A stretch of 64,000 nt of DNA from Candidatus Dormiibacterota bacterium (GCA_019245575.1 JAFARE010000044.1:25090-89089), one strand, 5' to 3'; shown: positions 47,432 through 57,041, counted from the first letter of the stretch. Numbers and translations: made by a program. The notes: a model not told the origin generated them from the sequence alone.

Positions 47432-48239
47432 GGGCGTCCTCCGCAGGCGTCGCTCCGGCGCCGGCCGCAGGCCAGCGCCGCAGCACGCCCAGCGTGATCG
47501 CCTGCACGACCGCGGCGCACGCGGCGGCGGCGAGGTACGCGACCGGCAGCGGGGCCGGCTCGAGCAGCGGCGCCAGCACCGCGAAGAACCCGGCGCAGGC
47601 AAAGAGCCCCCACAGGAAGCCACGCGCCGCCTCCACGGCCGCGCCGGCCCCCTCCAGCCGGTGCGGAAACACGATGAAGATGGCGCCGAACAGCGGCATC
47701 GGCGAGATCAGACCGGCCAGCGCCGGGCCCACCGCGGGCGCCATCGCCGTGATCACCACCACGACCGCGGTCGCGATCGCCCCTCGCAGCACGACGTCCC
47801 AGACTGCCGGCAGGGTGCGCAGTCGCGGCGGCTGCGCCGCAATCTCCCGGGGCGGCAGCAGTGTCAATGCGAGCACAACCGCGCCGGTCACGATTGCCAG
47901 CGCGGGCAGCACCGTGAGATTGAGCGTGTTCAACCCGGCCGTGGCGATCACGAAGGCGATGCCACCCGCGGCCGGCGCCGCGAGCCAGCGCAGGCGCACC
48001 GCAACCCACGCATAGGCGAGCGCGAAGGCGGCCTGCGACGCGGTGCCCGCCAGCACGCCGACCGCGGTGGTGGCGGCGAACCGCGTGCCCCGGTCCGCGG
48101 CGAGGAAGGCGACCACCGGCGCGGAGGTATAGGGAATCGCCGCAAGCCAGGCCCCCCGAGTCGCGCCCCACCGCCGCGTCGCGAGCGTGAGCAGAGCGAT
48201 GGCGAGCGGCGTGACGGTCAGCTTGAGCGCCAGCAGCAC
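47424..48239 (-). CDS. polytopic integral membrane protein, unassigned
   Basis: 271 aa, hydrophobic almost throughout (at least 7 predicted helices by eye). It overlaps the downstream hydrolase start by 8 nt. Confidence 0.65.
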   Translation of the reverse strand: MLLALKLTVTPLAIALLTLATRRWGATRGAWLAAIPYTSAPVVAFLAADRGTRFAATTAVGVLAGTASQAAFALAYAWVAVRLRWLAAPAAGGIAFVIATAGLNTLNLTVLPALAIVTGAVVLALTLLPPREIAAQPPRLRTLPAVWDVVLRGAIATAVVVVITAMAPAVGPALAGLISPMPLFGAIFIVFPHRLEGAGAAVEAARGFLWGLFACAGFFAVLAPLLEPAPLPVAYLAAAACAAVVQAITLGVLRRWPAAGAGATPAEDAHG

Positions 48240-48518
48240 CGGGGCATCTTGGCGGCTTGCCTACACTGGCTGCGTGCTCGGGCTGATCGTGCTCCTCGTC
48301 GCCGCGGTGGGCATCGGCGTGCTGCTCTGGTGGGGCACCGGCCTGCCGCCGACGCGCCCGCGGCCCGGCAGCCGCAGCCGCGGCGAGCCCTACGTGGCCG
48401 TGCACCGCCGCCTCGCCCAGCGCCGGCGTCGGGGTTAAGGGTCGGCAAAGCACCGAAAGGAACCGGCCGCGCCGGCCGTCTTGCTCTGTGGAAGGCATCC
48501 ACATCAGTGAGGCGAACG

Positions 48519-49688
48519 ATGCAATCTGGACTGCTCGCGCGCGGCGCGCTCGTCGCTGCCGCGCTCTGCCTCGGTGCGACGGTCCACGCTTCAGCGGCCC
48601 AGGGCCTCGAGGGCGTGCCGCACCTCGACCACATTGGAGTGCTCGTGCTGGAGAACGAATCCTTCAGCTCGACGTGGGGCGCATCCAGCCCGGCGACGTA
48701 CCTCAACTCGCTGGTGCCCGGCGGCGCCTTCGCCGACATGTACTACGGGACCGGTCATGTGAGCCTCGACAACTACATCGCCATGACCAGCGGACAGGGA
48801 TGGCAGCCGTCGACGGGCAGCGACTGCGCAAGCCAGAACCTGTTCCAGTGCTCGCAGATCGTGTCGACCCCGAGCAGCACCAACATCGCCGACCAGGTCG
48901 AGGGCGCCTCCGGCACGTGGAAGGGCTACATGGACTCGGCGCCGAGCACGTGCTTCCACGGCGACGCGTCAGCCACGGCCACACCGCCCGACCCGTACCA
49001 GGGCGACAGCGCGGCAGCACCCGCGGGGAACTACGCGGACCGGCACGATCCCTTCGTCTACTACAGCGACATCCTGAGCAACCAGACGCGCTGCGACGCG
49101 CACGTGGTGCCGTACACGCAACTCACGACCGACATCGGTGGCAATACGCTGCCCAACTTCTTCTTCATCACGCCGGACACGTGTCACGACGGCCACGACT
49201 CGCCCTGCGCCGCCGGGAGCCCCGTGCCATCGTGCGGCGCGCGCAACGCTGCGGCCGGCGGCCTGGTCTCGGCCGACTGCTGGCTGGCGGCCAGCCTCCC
49301 CTCGATCGTCACCTACCTCACGGCGCACAACGGCGTGCTGCTGATCACGTTCGACGAGGGCGCAACCAGTGACACGAGCGGATGCTGCACCGGCGGGCCA
49401 GGGGGCGCCGCGGGCTTCGGCGGACGCGTCGGTCTGCTGGCGCTCGGCGCGGGCGTGGCCACCGGGACGGTGACGCACCACAGCTACGACCACGCATCGC
49501 TGCTGCGCACGGTCGAGGATGCGCTCGGCATCAGCACGTACCTGGGCAACGCCGCCACCGCGACACCGATGGCCGACCTCTTCACGCAGCCGGGCACCAA
49601 TGCGCCCGAGGTTCCGCTTGTCGTCGCGATTCCCATGGTCGGCGGCGCAGCGCTGATGGCCGCGCGCCGCCGCACGCGCCGGGCATGA
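48519..49688 (+). CDS. secreted phosphoesterase-family (PLC/acid phosphatase, PF04185-like) protein with a C-terminal TM-Arg tail
   Basis: ATG 48519 follows GAGG. Signal MQSGLLARGALVAAALCLGATVHASA. Then HIGVLVLENESFSSTWG. C-terminus ...NAPEVPLVVAIPMVGGAALMAARRRTRRA. The track ORF 47187-49688 is junk upstream of 48519. Confidence 0.82.
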   Translation: MQSGLLARGALVAAALCLGATVHASAAQGLEGVPHLDHIGVLVLENESFSSTWGASSPATYLNSLVPGGAFADMYYGTGHVSLDNYIAMTSGQGWQPSTGSDCASQNLFQCSQIVSTPSSTNIADQVEGASGTWKGYMDSAPSTCFHGDASATATPPDPYQGDSAAAPAGNYADRHDPFVYYSDILSNQTRCDAHVVPYTQLTTDIGGNTLPNFFFITPDTCHDGHDSPCAAGSPVPSCGARNAAAGGLVSADCWLAASLPSIVTYLTAHNGVLLITFDEGATSDTSGCCTGGPGGAAGFGGRVGLLALGAGVATGTVTHHSYDHASLLRTVEDALGISTYLGNAATATPMADLFTQPGTNAPEVPLVVAIPMVGGAALMAARRRTRRA

Positions 49689-51226
49689 GCACGCCCCTCT
49701 TCGAACGGCGCTTCGGCAGGCGCGGCTTCCTCAAGGTCTCGGCGGCGCTCGCGGCCGCGAGCCTGGCACCCGCGGGAGTGGTGGACGTGCGTCGCGCGCT
49801 TGCCGCGGGAACACTGCGGCAACCCGGAAGCCTCCCCTTCCCTTCCAGGCCGGCCGGTGTGCCGCAGCCGGACCTCGCGCCCGAATTGGCCAACATCGAC
49901 CACATCATCATGGTGATGATGGAGAACCACTCCTTCGACAACTACTTCGGTCTGCTGCCGTATCACGTGCCGGCGCTCGCCGGCCAGGTGGACGGGTGGC
50001 CGCAGCTCGATGCAAATGGCGTGCCCACCGCGACGCAGGTGGACAACAACGGCGTGACGCAGCGCGCGCATCCGATGCCGGACGGATGCCAGCCGCACGG
50101 CGTCAGCCAGAGCTGGAGCTCCAGCCACCGCGCGTACGACGGCGGCCTGATGGACGGGTTCCTGCGGGAGAGCTCCACCGACGCCATCGGCTACTGGGAC
50201 GAGACACTGCTGCCGTTCTACTACTCGCTGGCATCGAGCTTCCCGGTGTGCGACCGCTACTTCTGCTCCACCCTCTGCCAGACGTATCCGAATCGCGTGT
50301 TCTCCATGGCCGCGACCGCGGCCGGCCTGGTGAGCACGGACACGCCGCCACCCACGGTCACGCCCGCCAACGGCCACATCTTCGACGTGCTCACCGCCCA
50401 CGGGATCGGCTGGGCCGACTACTACAGCGAGCTGCCGTCGCCAGGTTTGTTCGGCGCGGCGTGGGCCGCGTCGCAGCAGGGCACGCACCTGTTCGGGCCG
50501 TTCGGCAGCCCGGAGGCGACCATCGCCGCGTTCGCGGCCGCGTGCAACGGCGGCACGCTGCCACCCGTCGTGATGGTCGAGACGGATTACCAGTGGGGCA
50601 GTGAGGAGAACCCGCAGAACATCCAGGTCGGGCAGACATTCGTTGCCGGCGTGGTCAACGCGCTGATGAGCTCACCTGCATGGGCGACGTCGCTGCTGAT
50701 CTTCACGTACGACGAGCACGGCGGCTACTACGACCACGTGTCCCCGCCGGCAGCGCTCAACCCCGGTGACGGGTCGCATCCCAACATCGCCACGACCTAC
50801 GGCGACGACTACACGCGCTACGGGTTTCGCGTGCCCACTGTGATCGTGTCGCCGTGGGCACGGAGCGGATTCACGTCGCACACGGTGTACGACCACACGT
50901 CGTGGCTGGCGACCATCGAGCGCAAGTTCAACCTGCCCGCGCTCACGCTCCGCGATGCCAACGCGAATCCGCTGGACGACTGCCTGGTGAGCAGCGGACC
51001 GGCGCCGTTCGCCACACCGCCGGCGCTCGCCACGGCGCCACTGCGCACCGAGGCGGATTCGATCGCGTGCGAACAGAACGGCAGCGACCCGATCCCCTCG
51101 AGCGGCGCGCCCGAGGCGCCGCTGACCCCGCTGCTGGCGGGCGCGGCGGCGGTGGGCGGTGCGGCCGCGATCGCGCTGCGCCGGGCACGTGGCGAGAGTC
51201 GCGACCTCCCTGCAGACGTCCGCTGA
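49685..51226 (+). CDS. Tat-secreted phosphoesterase-family (phospholipase C / acid phosphatase-like) protein with a C-terminal TM-Arg tail
   Basis: ATG 49685 overlaps the previous stop (ATGA). Tat motif FGRRGFLKVSAALAAASLA. Then HIIMVMMENHSFDNYFG and FTYDEHGGYYDHVSPP. C-terminus ...GAPEAPLTPLLAGAAAVGGAAAIALRRARGE.... Confidence 0.85.
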   Translation: MSTPLFERRFGRRGFLKVSAALAAASLAPAGVVDVRRALAAGTLRQPGSLPFPSRPAGVPQPDLAPELANIDHIIMVMMENHSFDNYFGLLPYHVPALAGQVDGWPQLDANGVPTATQVDNNGVTQRAHPMPDGCQPHGVSQSWSSSHRAYDGGLMDGFLRESSTDAIGYWDETLLPFYYSLASSFPVCDRYFCSTLCQTYPNRVFSMAATAAGLVSTDTPPPTVTPANGHIFDVLTAHGIGWADYYSELPSPGLFGAAWAASQQGTHLFGPFGSPEATIAAFAAACNGGTLPPVVMVETDYQWGSEENPQNIQVGQTFVAGVVNALMSSPAWATSLLIFTYDEHGGYYDHVSPPAALNPGDGSHPNIATTYGDDYTRYGFRVPTVIVSPWARSGFTSHTVYDHTSWLATIERKFNLPALTLRDANANPLDDCLVSSGPAPFATPPALATAPLRTEADSIACEQNGSDPIPSSGAPEAPLTPLLAGAAAVGGAAAIALRRARGESRDLPADVR

Positions 51227-51320
51227 GCGGCGTACACTTGACCGTGGCTCTAGAGCGGTGGATGCCCCCACTGTCTGGACGGCCAGGGGTCTCGCGGGCT
51301 TGCGAGATCGCGACCGGGTC

Positions 51321-51377
51321 GGGCGCCGCGGCTGCCGCAAGGCAGCCGGCGCCCGGCGCTCATTTCTTTATTCGTTT
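51321..51377 (+). terminator. intrinsic terminator (GC stem, GCAA loop, T-rich tail)
   Basis: GGGCGCCG(CG)GCTGCC - GCAA - GGCAGCCGGCGCCC (51321-51354), followed by CATTTCTTTATTCGTTT. It lies in the gap between convergent genes ending at 51226 (+) and 51386 (-). Confidence 0.65.
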
Positions 51378-51385
51378 CGGCGTGA

Positions 51386-54019
51386 TCAGCAGATGAACGC
51401 TGTTTGCCCGGCGATGCTGTCGAACATGTCCTTGGCCATGCCCTGCAGTACGGCGTTCTGCGCGTACCAGGTGCTGCCGCCGCTGTTCGACACGCCGTTC
51501 TCGTAGCTCAGCAGCTTGCTGATCGTCATGCAGGTGGCGCCGCCGAACGCCGTGCTCGAGTTGCCGAACGTTCCCCCGCACGTGCTCGTGCCGCCGCTCC
51601 CGTCGAGCATCGCGCACACGTGCGTCACGTCGACGTTGACGTTTCCAATCGCCCCGTGCGGCGTGCTGAACTTGGTGCCACCGCTGCCGCCGCCGAAATA
51701 GACGTCGAGCGCAGCGGACAGCATCTCCCCCTTCAGCAGCAGGTTCGTCGTGTGGTTCGACGCCGTCGCGGCGCGCACGACGGCGCCCACGTACGACGCG
51801 ACACTGCTGCACGACGCTGACGAGCGCAGATCCTGGAACGGCCGGAAGGTGCGCAGCCAGGCGCCCGACTTGCATACGCCGCCGCTCGACGACCCACCGC
51901 TGACGATGCCCTGACCCGAATCTCCCATCCAGAAGGCCATGGGCTGCGCACCGGTGTTCACCGGGCCGAGGGTCAGCTCGCTCAGCGTCCCGGACACGGA
52001 GCTCGCGTCGTTCGCATCGCCGGCGTAGGTCGCCACGATGCTGTGCGAGCCGCGTGTCGTATACGTCACGGTGCACGTCGCTGTGGCCGTGGCGCTGAGA
52101 GGCACCGCAGCGCACGCGCTGATCACGTGGCCGGAATCGGCGAAGGCCAGGGTCCCGGTGGGCGTGCCGGCGCCCGGTGCGTTGACCACCACCGCGGCGG
52201 CATACGTCACCGGCTGGTTTGACGCCACGGGGTTCACCGTCGCGCTCGCGGCTGTGGTGGTGGCGTCCATGCCCACCGCCTGCGACACCGCCCCAACCGA
52301 GGACACGAAATCGGCGTCGCCGGAGTACGCGGCCGCGATTGTGTGCGTGCCGGCTGCCGGTTGCGCGTACGTGCAAGAGGCGGTCAGCCCACTGCTGAGC
52401 GGCTGCGCCGAGCAGGCGCTGATGACGACGCCGTCGTCGCTGAACGCGACCGTGCCCGTGGGGGTGCCCGCCGTGCTGGAACCGGCCGCCACCGTTGCGC
52501 TGTACACCACCGGTTGTCCGCGCAGCGGCATGGTTGGCGATGCTGTGACACCGGTGCTGCTCGTCGCCTGCGTAACCTGCTCGGTCAGCTGCGCCGTCGA
52601 TCCTGCGTAGGCGGCGCTGCCCGCATATGTGGCGCTGAACGCGTGGGCTCCCACGCTCAGCGCGGGCGTGGTGATGCTGGCCGCACCCGTGCTGTCGAGC
52701 GTCACGCTGCCCAGGCTCGTAGCCCCGTCAGCGAAGCTCACCGAGCCATCCGGCGTGCCGGCGCCCCCCGCGCTCACCGTGGCGGTCAGCGTGACCGTGT
52801 CGCCCACGGTTGCCGGGTTCGATGATGCCGCCAGTGCGGTTGACGTCACCGGCAGCGGAGTCGGCGTGGGCGTCGGTGTCGGTGTCGGCGTCGGCGTGGG
52901 GGTCGGCGTCGGCGTGGGCGTGGGCGGCGCAACCTGCAGCGCCCAGCGGAGCATCACCGCCTCGGTCGGGTCGCCGTCCTGCACGTCATACGGCCCGGTG
53001 CTCCCCTTGTGCCAGATGAGGAAACCGGCGGCGCCGCCGTTGAAGGCGAAGCCGAGCTTCGTGTCGAACTCCGAAGCGCGCTGGAGGCCGCTGTCGTTCA
53101 GAGCGCCCTCACCCACGAACAGCGGCTTGTTCAGTGCCGCGCACTGCTGCTGCCGCACCGCGAAGCCGTTCCACTGATCGCCCTCGTTGTCGGGCCCCCA
53201 GTAGTCGTGCACCTCGCAGAGGTCGACGGCGCCGGCGTGCACGTACTGATAGGCGGCGCCCTGCGTGCCGCACTGCCCGCCGCCCATCGTGCCGAGGCTG
53301 ACCAGGTGATCCGGATCGACCTGCTTGATGGCGCCGGTGACGTCGTCGGCGAAGGACCGCAGCGCATTCTCGCCCGCGGTGTTGTCGCACGTGCCGTCGG
53401 GCGCGGTGGTCTCGGCTTCGTTGATCAGCTGCCAGAACGCGATGCGCGGGTCACCGGCGTAGTGCGTGGCCATCCGCACCGCGAAGTCCCTGTAGGACAG
53501 CGGGTAGCCTGGGTCAGGCGCGAGGTACCCACTCTGGTACCAGGTCAGCGGGTGCTGCGGACGGTTGTACTCACACGAGCCCCACTCGTTGCCCAGCACC
53601 GGGATGACCATGATGCCGTGCGCAGCGGCCGCGCTGAGCACTGCGTCGTACTGCGAGAAGTTGTTGGGATCGCCGTTCTGGTAGGACTGGAAGAACCAGG
53701 TGCGCATGACCGTGCTGCCCACCTGGTCGTGCGCCTCCTGCATGACGTGGTCGCGGTACGCATCGGTCTGCGCGCCGCCGCACTGGAAGCCGGCGGTCGT
53801 CGACGGCAGCAGGTAGTCGTTGAAGCCGGTGAAGCGGAAGGGCGCGCCGTTGAGCGTGAGCTGCGTGCCGCTCGCCTGGATGAAGCCGCTTCCCGCCGCT
53901 GTGCGCACCGTGAACGCGGCGCCCACGACGAGCGCGACCGCAGTCGCAGTGATTGCCAGCGCAGCAGCGCGATTGGGGCGGCGCCTGCGATACCGGCGCC
54001 AATCGACGATCTGATGCAT
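51386..54019 (-). CDS. secreted GH5-type glycoside hydrolase (mannanase/cellulase-like) - (PT)n linker - four Ig-like repeats - C-terminal domain
   Basis: Signal anchor AALAITATAVALVVGAAF. GH5 blocks MRTWFFQSY, VIPVLGNEWG, WQLINEAET (acid/base NE) and LFVGEGAL (nucleophile). Linker PTPTPTPTPTPTPTPTPTPTPTP. Four ~85-aa units of the type ...TLTATV...GTPTGTVAFSDDG...AAYSGDA. Confidence 0.85.
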   Translation of the reverse strand: MHQIVDWRRYRRRRPNRAAALAITATAVALVVGAAFTVRTAAGSGFIQASGTQLTLNGAPFRFTGFNDYLLPSTTAGFQCGGAQTDAYRDHVMQEAHDQVGSTVMRTWFFQSYQNGDPNNFSQYDAVLSAAAAHGIMVIPVLGNEWGSCEYNRPQHPLTWYQSGYLAPDPGYPLSYRDFAVRMATHYAGDPRIAFWQLINEAETTAPDGTCDNTAGENALRSFADDVTGAIKQVDPDHLVSLGTMGGGQCGTQGAAYQYVHAGAVDLCEVHDYWGPDNEGDQWNGFAVRQQQCAALNKPLFVGEGALNDSGLQRASEFDTKLGFAFNGGAAGFLIWHKGSTGPYDVQDGDPTEAVMLRWALQVAPPTPTPTPTPTPTPTPTPTPTPTPLPVTSTALAASSNPATVGDTVTLTATVSAGGAGTPDGSVSFADGATSLGSVTLDSTGAASITTPALSVGAHAFSATYAGSAAYAGSTAQLTEQVTQATSSTGVTASPTMPLRGQPVVYSATVAAGSSTAGTPTGTVAFSDDGVVISACSAQPLSSGLTASCTYAQPAAGTHTIAAAYSGDADFVSSVGAVSQAVGMDATTTAASATVNPVASNQPVTYAAAVVVNAPGAGTPTGTLAFADSGHVISACAAVPLSATATATCTVTYTTRGSHSIVATYAGDANDASSVSGTLSELTLGPVNTGAQPMAFWMGDSGQGIVSGGSSSGGVCKSGAWLRTFRPFQDLRSSASCSSVASYVGAVVRAATASNHTTNLLLKGEMLSAALDVYFGGGSGGTKFSTPHGAIGNVNVDVTHVCAMLDGSGGTSTCGGTFGNSSTAFGGATCMTISKLLSYENGVSNSGGSTWYAQNAVLQGMAKDMFDSIAGQTAFIC
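52859..52927 (-). repeat. hexanucleotide tandem repeat encoding the (Pro-Thr)n linker
   Basis: The plus strand reads GGCGTG/GGCGTC/GGTGTC repeated about 11 times, equal to (PT)n on the minus strand. Confidence 0.9.
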
Positions 54020-54289
54020 TGCTGGTTTGGGAGGCGGGGACGTGGTCAGCGATTGCGTGGAGGGTTATCCCCGAATGCGCGCCGACGCTGTGTGAGCGAT
54101 CGCAATGGACGACACGACCTAACGCAGAGCCCCCGTGCGGGTCAGGTGTTGCGCGCAACTCTACGTCAGCGCCGGCGCGACCTCAAACGAGAAATGTAAA
54201 TACCGCGGCCGCGCAAATACGTCACTGATTGCAGACGCGTTACACGCTGCGATACGTCGCTCAGTCCGAACTCTCTTCGCAGGGATCGG

Positions 54290-55282
54290 TCACGTCCGGC
54301 TTGAGCGTTTCTCATCGTAGTAGCGGCGCCAGATGAGCCGGTGGATCGGTATCCACCGCGGCAGGTCGCGAAGGCCGGGAATGAACGGCACCAGCACGAG
54401 CAGCAGGGTGAGCACCCCCATGACGACGATGACGCCCAGGTCAGCATTGCTCGAGCTCACGCCGACGAAGCCGTGCGACGCATCCCGGTTGAACGGCGCC
54501 ACCTGGTACCACATCGTGTACAGCCACAGCCACGCCTGTCCGGGATAGCGCCCCGTCTCGTTCATCATCCCCCACTGCGTCCCCGTGAGCGCCTGGTCCT
54601 GGGCAAGGCCGGACAGGTATCCGCCGTCGCCCATGAACAGGAGCGGCGCCGTGTAATCCGTCTGGTAGAAGTGCGCGCTGGCGAGCAGCAAGCCATCCAG
54701 CGCGCCGTTCTGCGCCAGGTTCAAGAGGTCGTCCATCAGGACGGGCACCGGACCGTAGTCGCCGGAGGCGATGGTGACGGTGCCGTTCGCATTGGCCGTC
54801 GCGTTGCCCAGCGCATTTGTGTACGCGGTGAGCCACTTGGCCCGCTGGTCACCGCTCGCGGACTGGTACGTGCTGAGGGCGGTGTTGAGCGCGGCGTTTT
54901 TGCCCGAGGAGAGTTGCAGCGGCGTCATGACGAATTCACCCGCCGAATCCACCGGTTGGTGCACCCCGGCCCACACCTCCGGCTGGAAGAAGCCCCACGT
55001 CTGCGTCGACCCGTTGTTGCTGTTGTACGGCGGCCCATAGCCCGAGCTGACGCTGTTCCCGGACAGCTCCGCGGCGGCCGTTGTGACGAAGTCGACTGGA
55101 TCGCTGCGCGACCAGCTCTGGATCGTGACCGCCGGGACATCCGGCGATGAGAGCACCGCCGAGAGGATGAGGATGACGATGAGGGTCCCGGCCATCGCGA
55201 GCGCGAGCTCCTTCACCAGGTCGTACGGCACCATGCGGACATCGCGGTAGTACGCCGCCTTGTCGTAGCGCCGGCGCCTCAT
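54290..55282 (-). CDS. hypothetical bitopic membrane protein with a large extracytoplasmic domain, coupled to cytochrome b
   Basis: ATG 55282 overlaps the cytochrome b stop (ATGA). Sequence MRRRRYDKAAYYRDVRMVPYDLVKELALAMAGTLIVILILSAVL... with a second TM near the C-terminus (LGVIVVMGVLTLLLVLVPFIPGL). The track ORF upstream of 55282 is junk. Confidence 0.75.
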   Translation of the reverse strand: MRRRRYDKAAYYRDVRMVPYDLVKELALAMAGTLIVILILSAVLSSPDVPAVTIQSWSRSDPVDFVTTAAAELSGNSVSSGYGPPYNSNNGSTQTWGFFQPEVWAGVHQPVDSAGEFVMTPLQLSSGKNAALNTALSTYQSASGDQRAKWLTAYTNALGNATANANGTVTIASGDYGPVPVLMDDLLNLAQNGALDGLLLASAHFYQTDYTAPLLFMGDGGYLSGLAQDQALTGTQWGMMNETGRYPGQAWLWLYTMWYQVAPFNRDASHGFVGVSSSNADLGVIVVMGVLTLLLVLVPFIPGLRDLPRWIPIHRLIWRRYYDEKRSSRT

Positions 55283-56115
55283 TGCGCCACTCCCGGCGCC
55301 GGGTCGGCCGTGACCGGCGGTGCGCCGAGCGGACGCACGACGCCGCGCATGCGCACCTGCACCACGTGCACCACGACGAGGATGGTGACCAGGATCGGCA
55401 GCAGCATCACATGGATGCCGAGCATCTGGCCGAAGTTCAGCGGATTGAAGAACACACCGGACCCGCTGGCGTTGATCGCGTCCTTCGCGTTCACCGCGAT
55501 CCACTGCGAGTCGAAGTTCTGCTGCGCCAGGTAGCCGGTGAAGGCCGTGACGATGCTGACAGCGAAGATGACGACACCGATCATCCACGTCTGCGCGCGG
55601 CCGTCACGCCATCCGGCCCCCCAATACTGGCCCCAGAGGTGCAGCACCATGAAGATGAAGAACATCTGCACCGACCAGAAGTGCAGGCTGTTGACGAAGT
55701 GGCCCTGGGGTGAGACGTGCCACCACTGCGGACCCTCGAACGCCAAGACCAGGCCGCTCAACACCACCCACACGAGCGCGGCGATGGTGACGACGCCGAA
55801 CACGTAGACCCAGGAGCCGACGTAGTACGGCTGCCGTGTGGGCAAGAGCTCGAGCAGCGGTAAGCGGCGGTCGATGGTGCGCCGTACTGCGTTGGTCCAG
55901 CCGCCGGCCGGATCGTCGGGTGTTGCTGTGGCCGGCACTGCAACCGGCTGAACAGCCGGGTCCGCCGAGTGCTCCACGACTCGCGCCTTGCGGTGGCCCG
56001 GCAGCGGGACCACCAGTGCCAGCGCGAAGAGCACGAGCATCACGCCGATCAGCACGAGGTTGGGCAGCGAGATGAGGATGAATCCCCAGTGGACGTACGG
56101 CGCTGGCTGGTCCAT
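55279..56115 (-). CDS. cytochrome b (N-terminal/b6-type domain) protein
   Basis: FVNSLHFWSVQMFFIFMVLHLWGQYW...QTWMIGVVIFAVSIVTAFTGYLAQQ...GIHVMLLPILVTILVVVHVVQVR, with His pairs in TM helices as expected for bis-haem cytochrome b. 278 aa. Confidence 0.82.
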   Translation of the reverse strand: MDQPAPYVHWGFILISLPNLVLIGVMLVLFALALVVPLPGHRKARVVEHSADPAVQPVAVPATATPDDPAGGWTNAVRRTIDRRLPLLELLPTRQPYYVGSWVYVFGVVTIAALVWVVLSGLVLAFEGPQWWHVSPQGHFVNSLHFWSVQMFFIFMVLHLWGQYWGAGWRDGRAQTWMIGVVIFAVSIVTAFTGYLAQQNFDSQWIAVNAKDAINASGSGVFFNPLNFGQMLGIHVMLLPILVTILVVVHVVQVRMRGVVRPLGAPPVTADPAPGVAQ

Positions 56116-56646
56116 TCAGTGCTCCTCCTGGAATCCCGTGGTCTCGGCGCTGCCCTCGCTGGTCACGGCTGCTTCGAACTCCGCGCGCTCCATGCGCTCA
56201 TAGAGAAAGCAGATCTCCGAGTCGGTCAGCCGCTCCGACAGGCGCTGGAGCACCTCCTCCTCGAGACGCAGATGCGCCTTGACGATGTCGACCAGGCGTC
56301 CGAGCACGCCGCTCAGCTCCGGCGGCACAGCTCGCTCCGCGGTGACGCGGTGCCTGAGCTCGGTCAGGTCTTGCACGAGCCCGTCGATGTAGCGATGCTC
56401 CCCCGCCATTCGTTCGCCGAGCTCCACGCCGAGCACGCGCGCCACCTCGCGATAGAAGACGCGCTCCTCCGCTCCCGCGTGTGGCGCGACCTCGTGGCGC
56501 AGGAAGACAAGCGCGTCGTCCAGCTCCTTTCGTACCTGCTGAGGCTGCATCTCCGGCAGCCGGTCGCGGAACGCGCCGACGGCGTCGATGCCGGCGTGCA
56601 GCCTGTCGTTCTGACGTCTGATGCTCTCGGTTGCCGCAATCCCCAT
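56116..56646 (-). CDS. hemerythrin-like (HHE cation-binding) domain protein
   Basis: LVFLRHEVAPHAGAEERVFY...MAGEHRYIDGLV...VKAHLRLEEEVL carries the H/E ligand pattern of hemerythrin-type four-helix bundles. Its stop abuts the cytochrome b ATG (56115). Confidence 0.78.
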   Translation of the reverse strand: MGIAATESIRRQNDRLHAGIDAVGAFRDRLPEMQPQQVRKELDDALVFLRHEVAPHAGAEERVFYREVARVLGVELGERMAGEHRYIDGLVQDLTELRHRVTAERAVPPELSGVLGRLVDIVKAHLRLEEEVLQRLSERLTDSEICFLYERMERAEFEAAVTSEGSAETTGFQEEH

Positions 56647-56649
56647 CAG

Positions 56650-56892
56650 TCACGCGCCCCCGGCGCACATGACGGGCACCGGGCACTCGTCTTCTCCTGC
56701 GCTCACCGACCGCGACCAGCGCGGGCTGAGGTCGCTCTTCAGCAGCAACAGCTCGCGACCGGCGCAGGGAACGCGCCCGCCGCCGGGAGCTCGCGGGCAC
56801 CGTCCGCTGCCATCCGGGCCGGAGCACGTTTCGGTCGCCGTCTGCCACAGCGGATCGACGATGAGGAACATGGTGTCGGCGCCCGGTGTCAT
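56650..56892 (-). CDS. small Cys-rich hypothetical protein (80 aa), first gene of the hemerythrin/cytochrome b operon
   Basis: ATG 56892 follows the strong SD AAGGAGGG (reverse complement of 56901-56908). Sequence MTPGADTMFLIVDPLWQTATETCSGPDGSGRCPRAPGGGRVPCAGRELLLLKSD...ECPVPVMCAGGA. GC3 is high from this ATG onward and lower upstream. The stop is 3 nt before the hemerythrin start. Confidence 0.6.
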   Translation of the reverse strand: MTPGADTMFLIVDPLWQTATETCSGPDGSGRCPRAPGGGRVPCAGRELLLLKSDLSPRWSRSVSAGEDECPVPVMCAGGA

Positions 56893-57041
56893 CGTGGCGG
56901 CCCTCCTTGTCAGTGACGTTGTGCTTGCAAGCCTGCCGCTCGCGAAGGCCACGGGTGTAGGGGCGTTGGTCACTCGGAAGGGCGTCCGCGCTGTGACGTT
57001 GGACCCTGGCGGCACCACATGAAAGGACGCAGAGTCCGGAC

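Noticed and set aside
52859-52927. A short tandem repeat that might be mistaken for a CRISPR-like or minisatellite element.
   Set aside because: The period is 6 nt, there are no spacers, and it is in frame inside a CDS encoding a (Pro-Thr)n linker. No CRISPR array, cas gene, tRNA, rRNA, integrase or transposase was found anywhere in the window.
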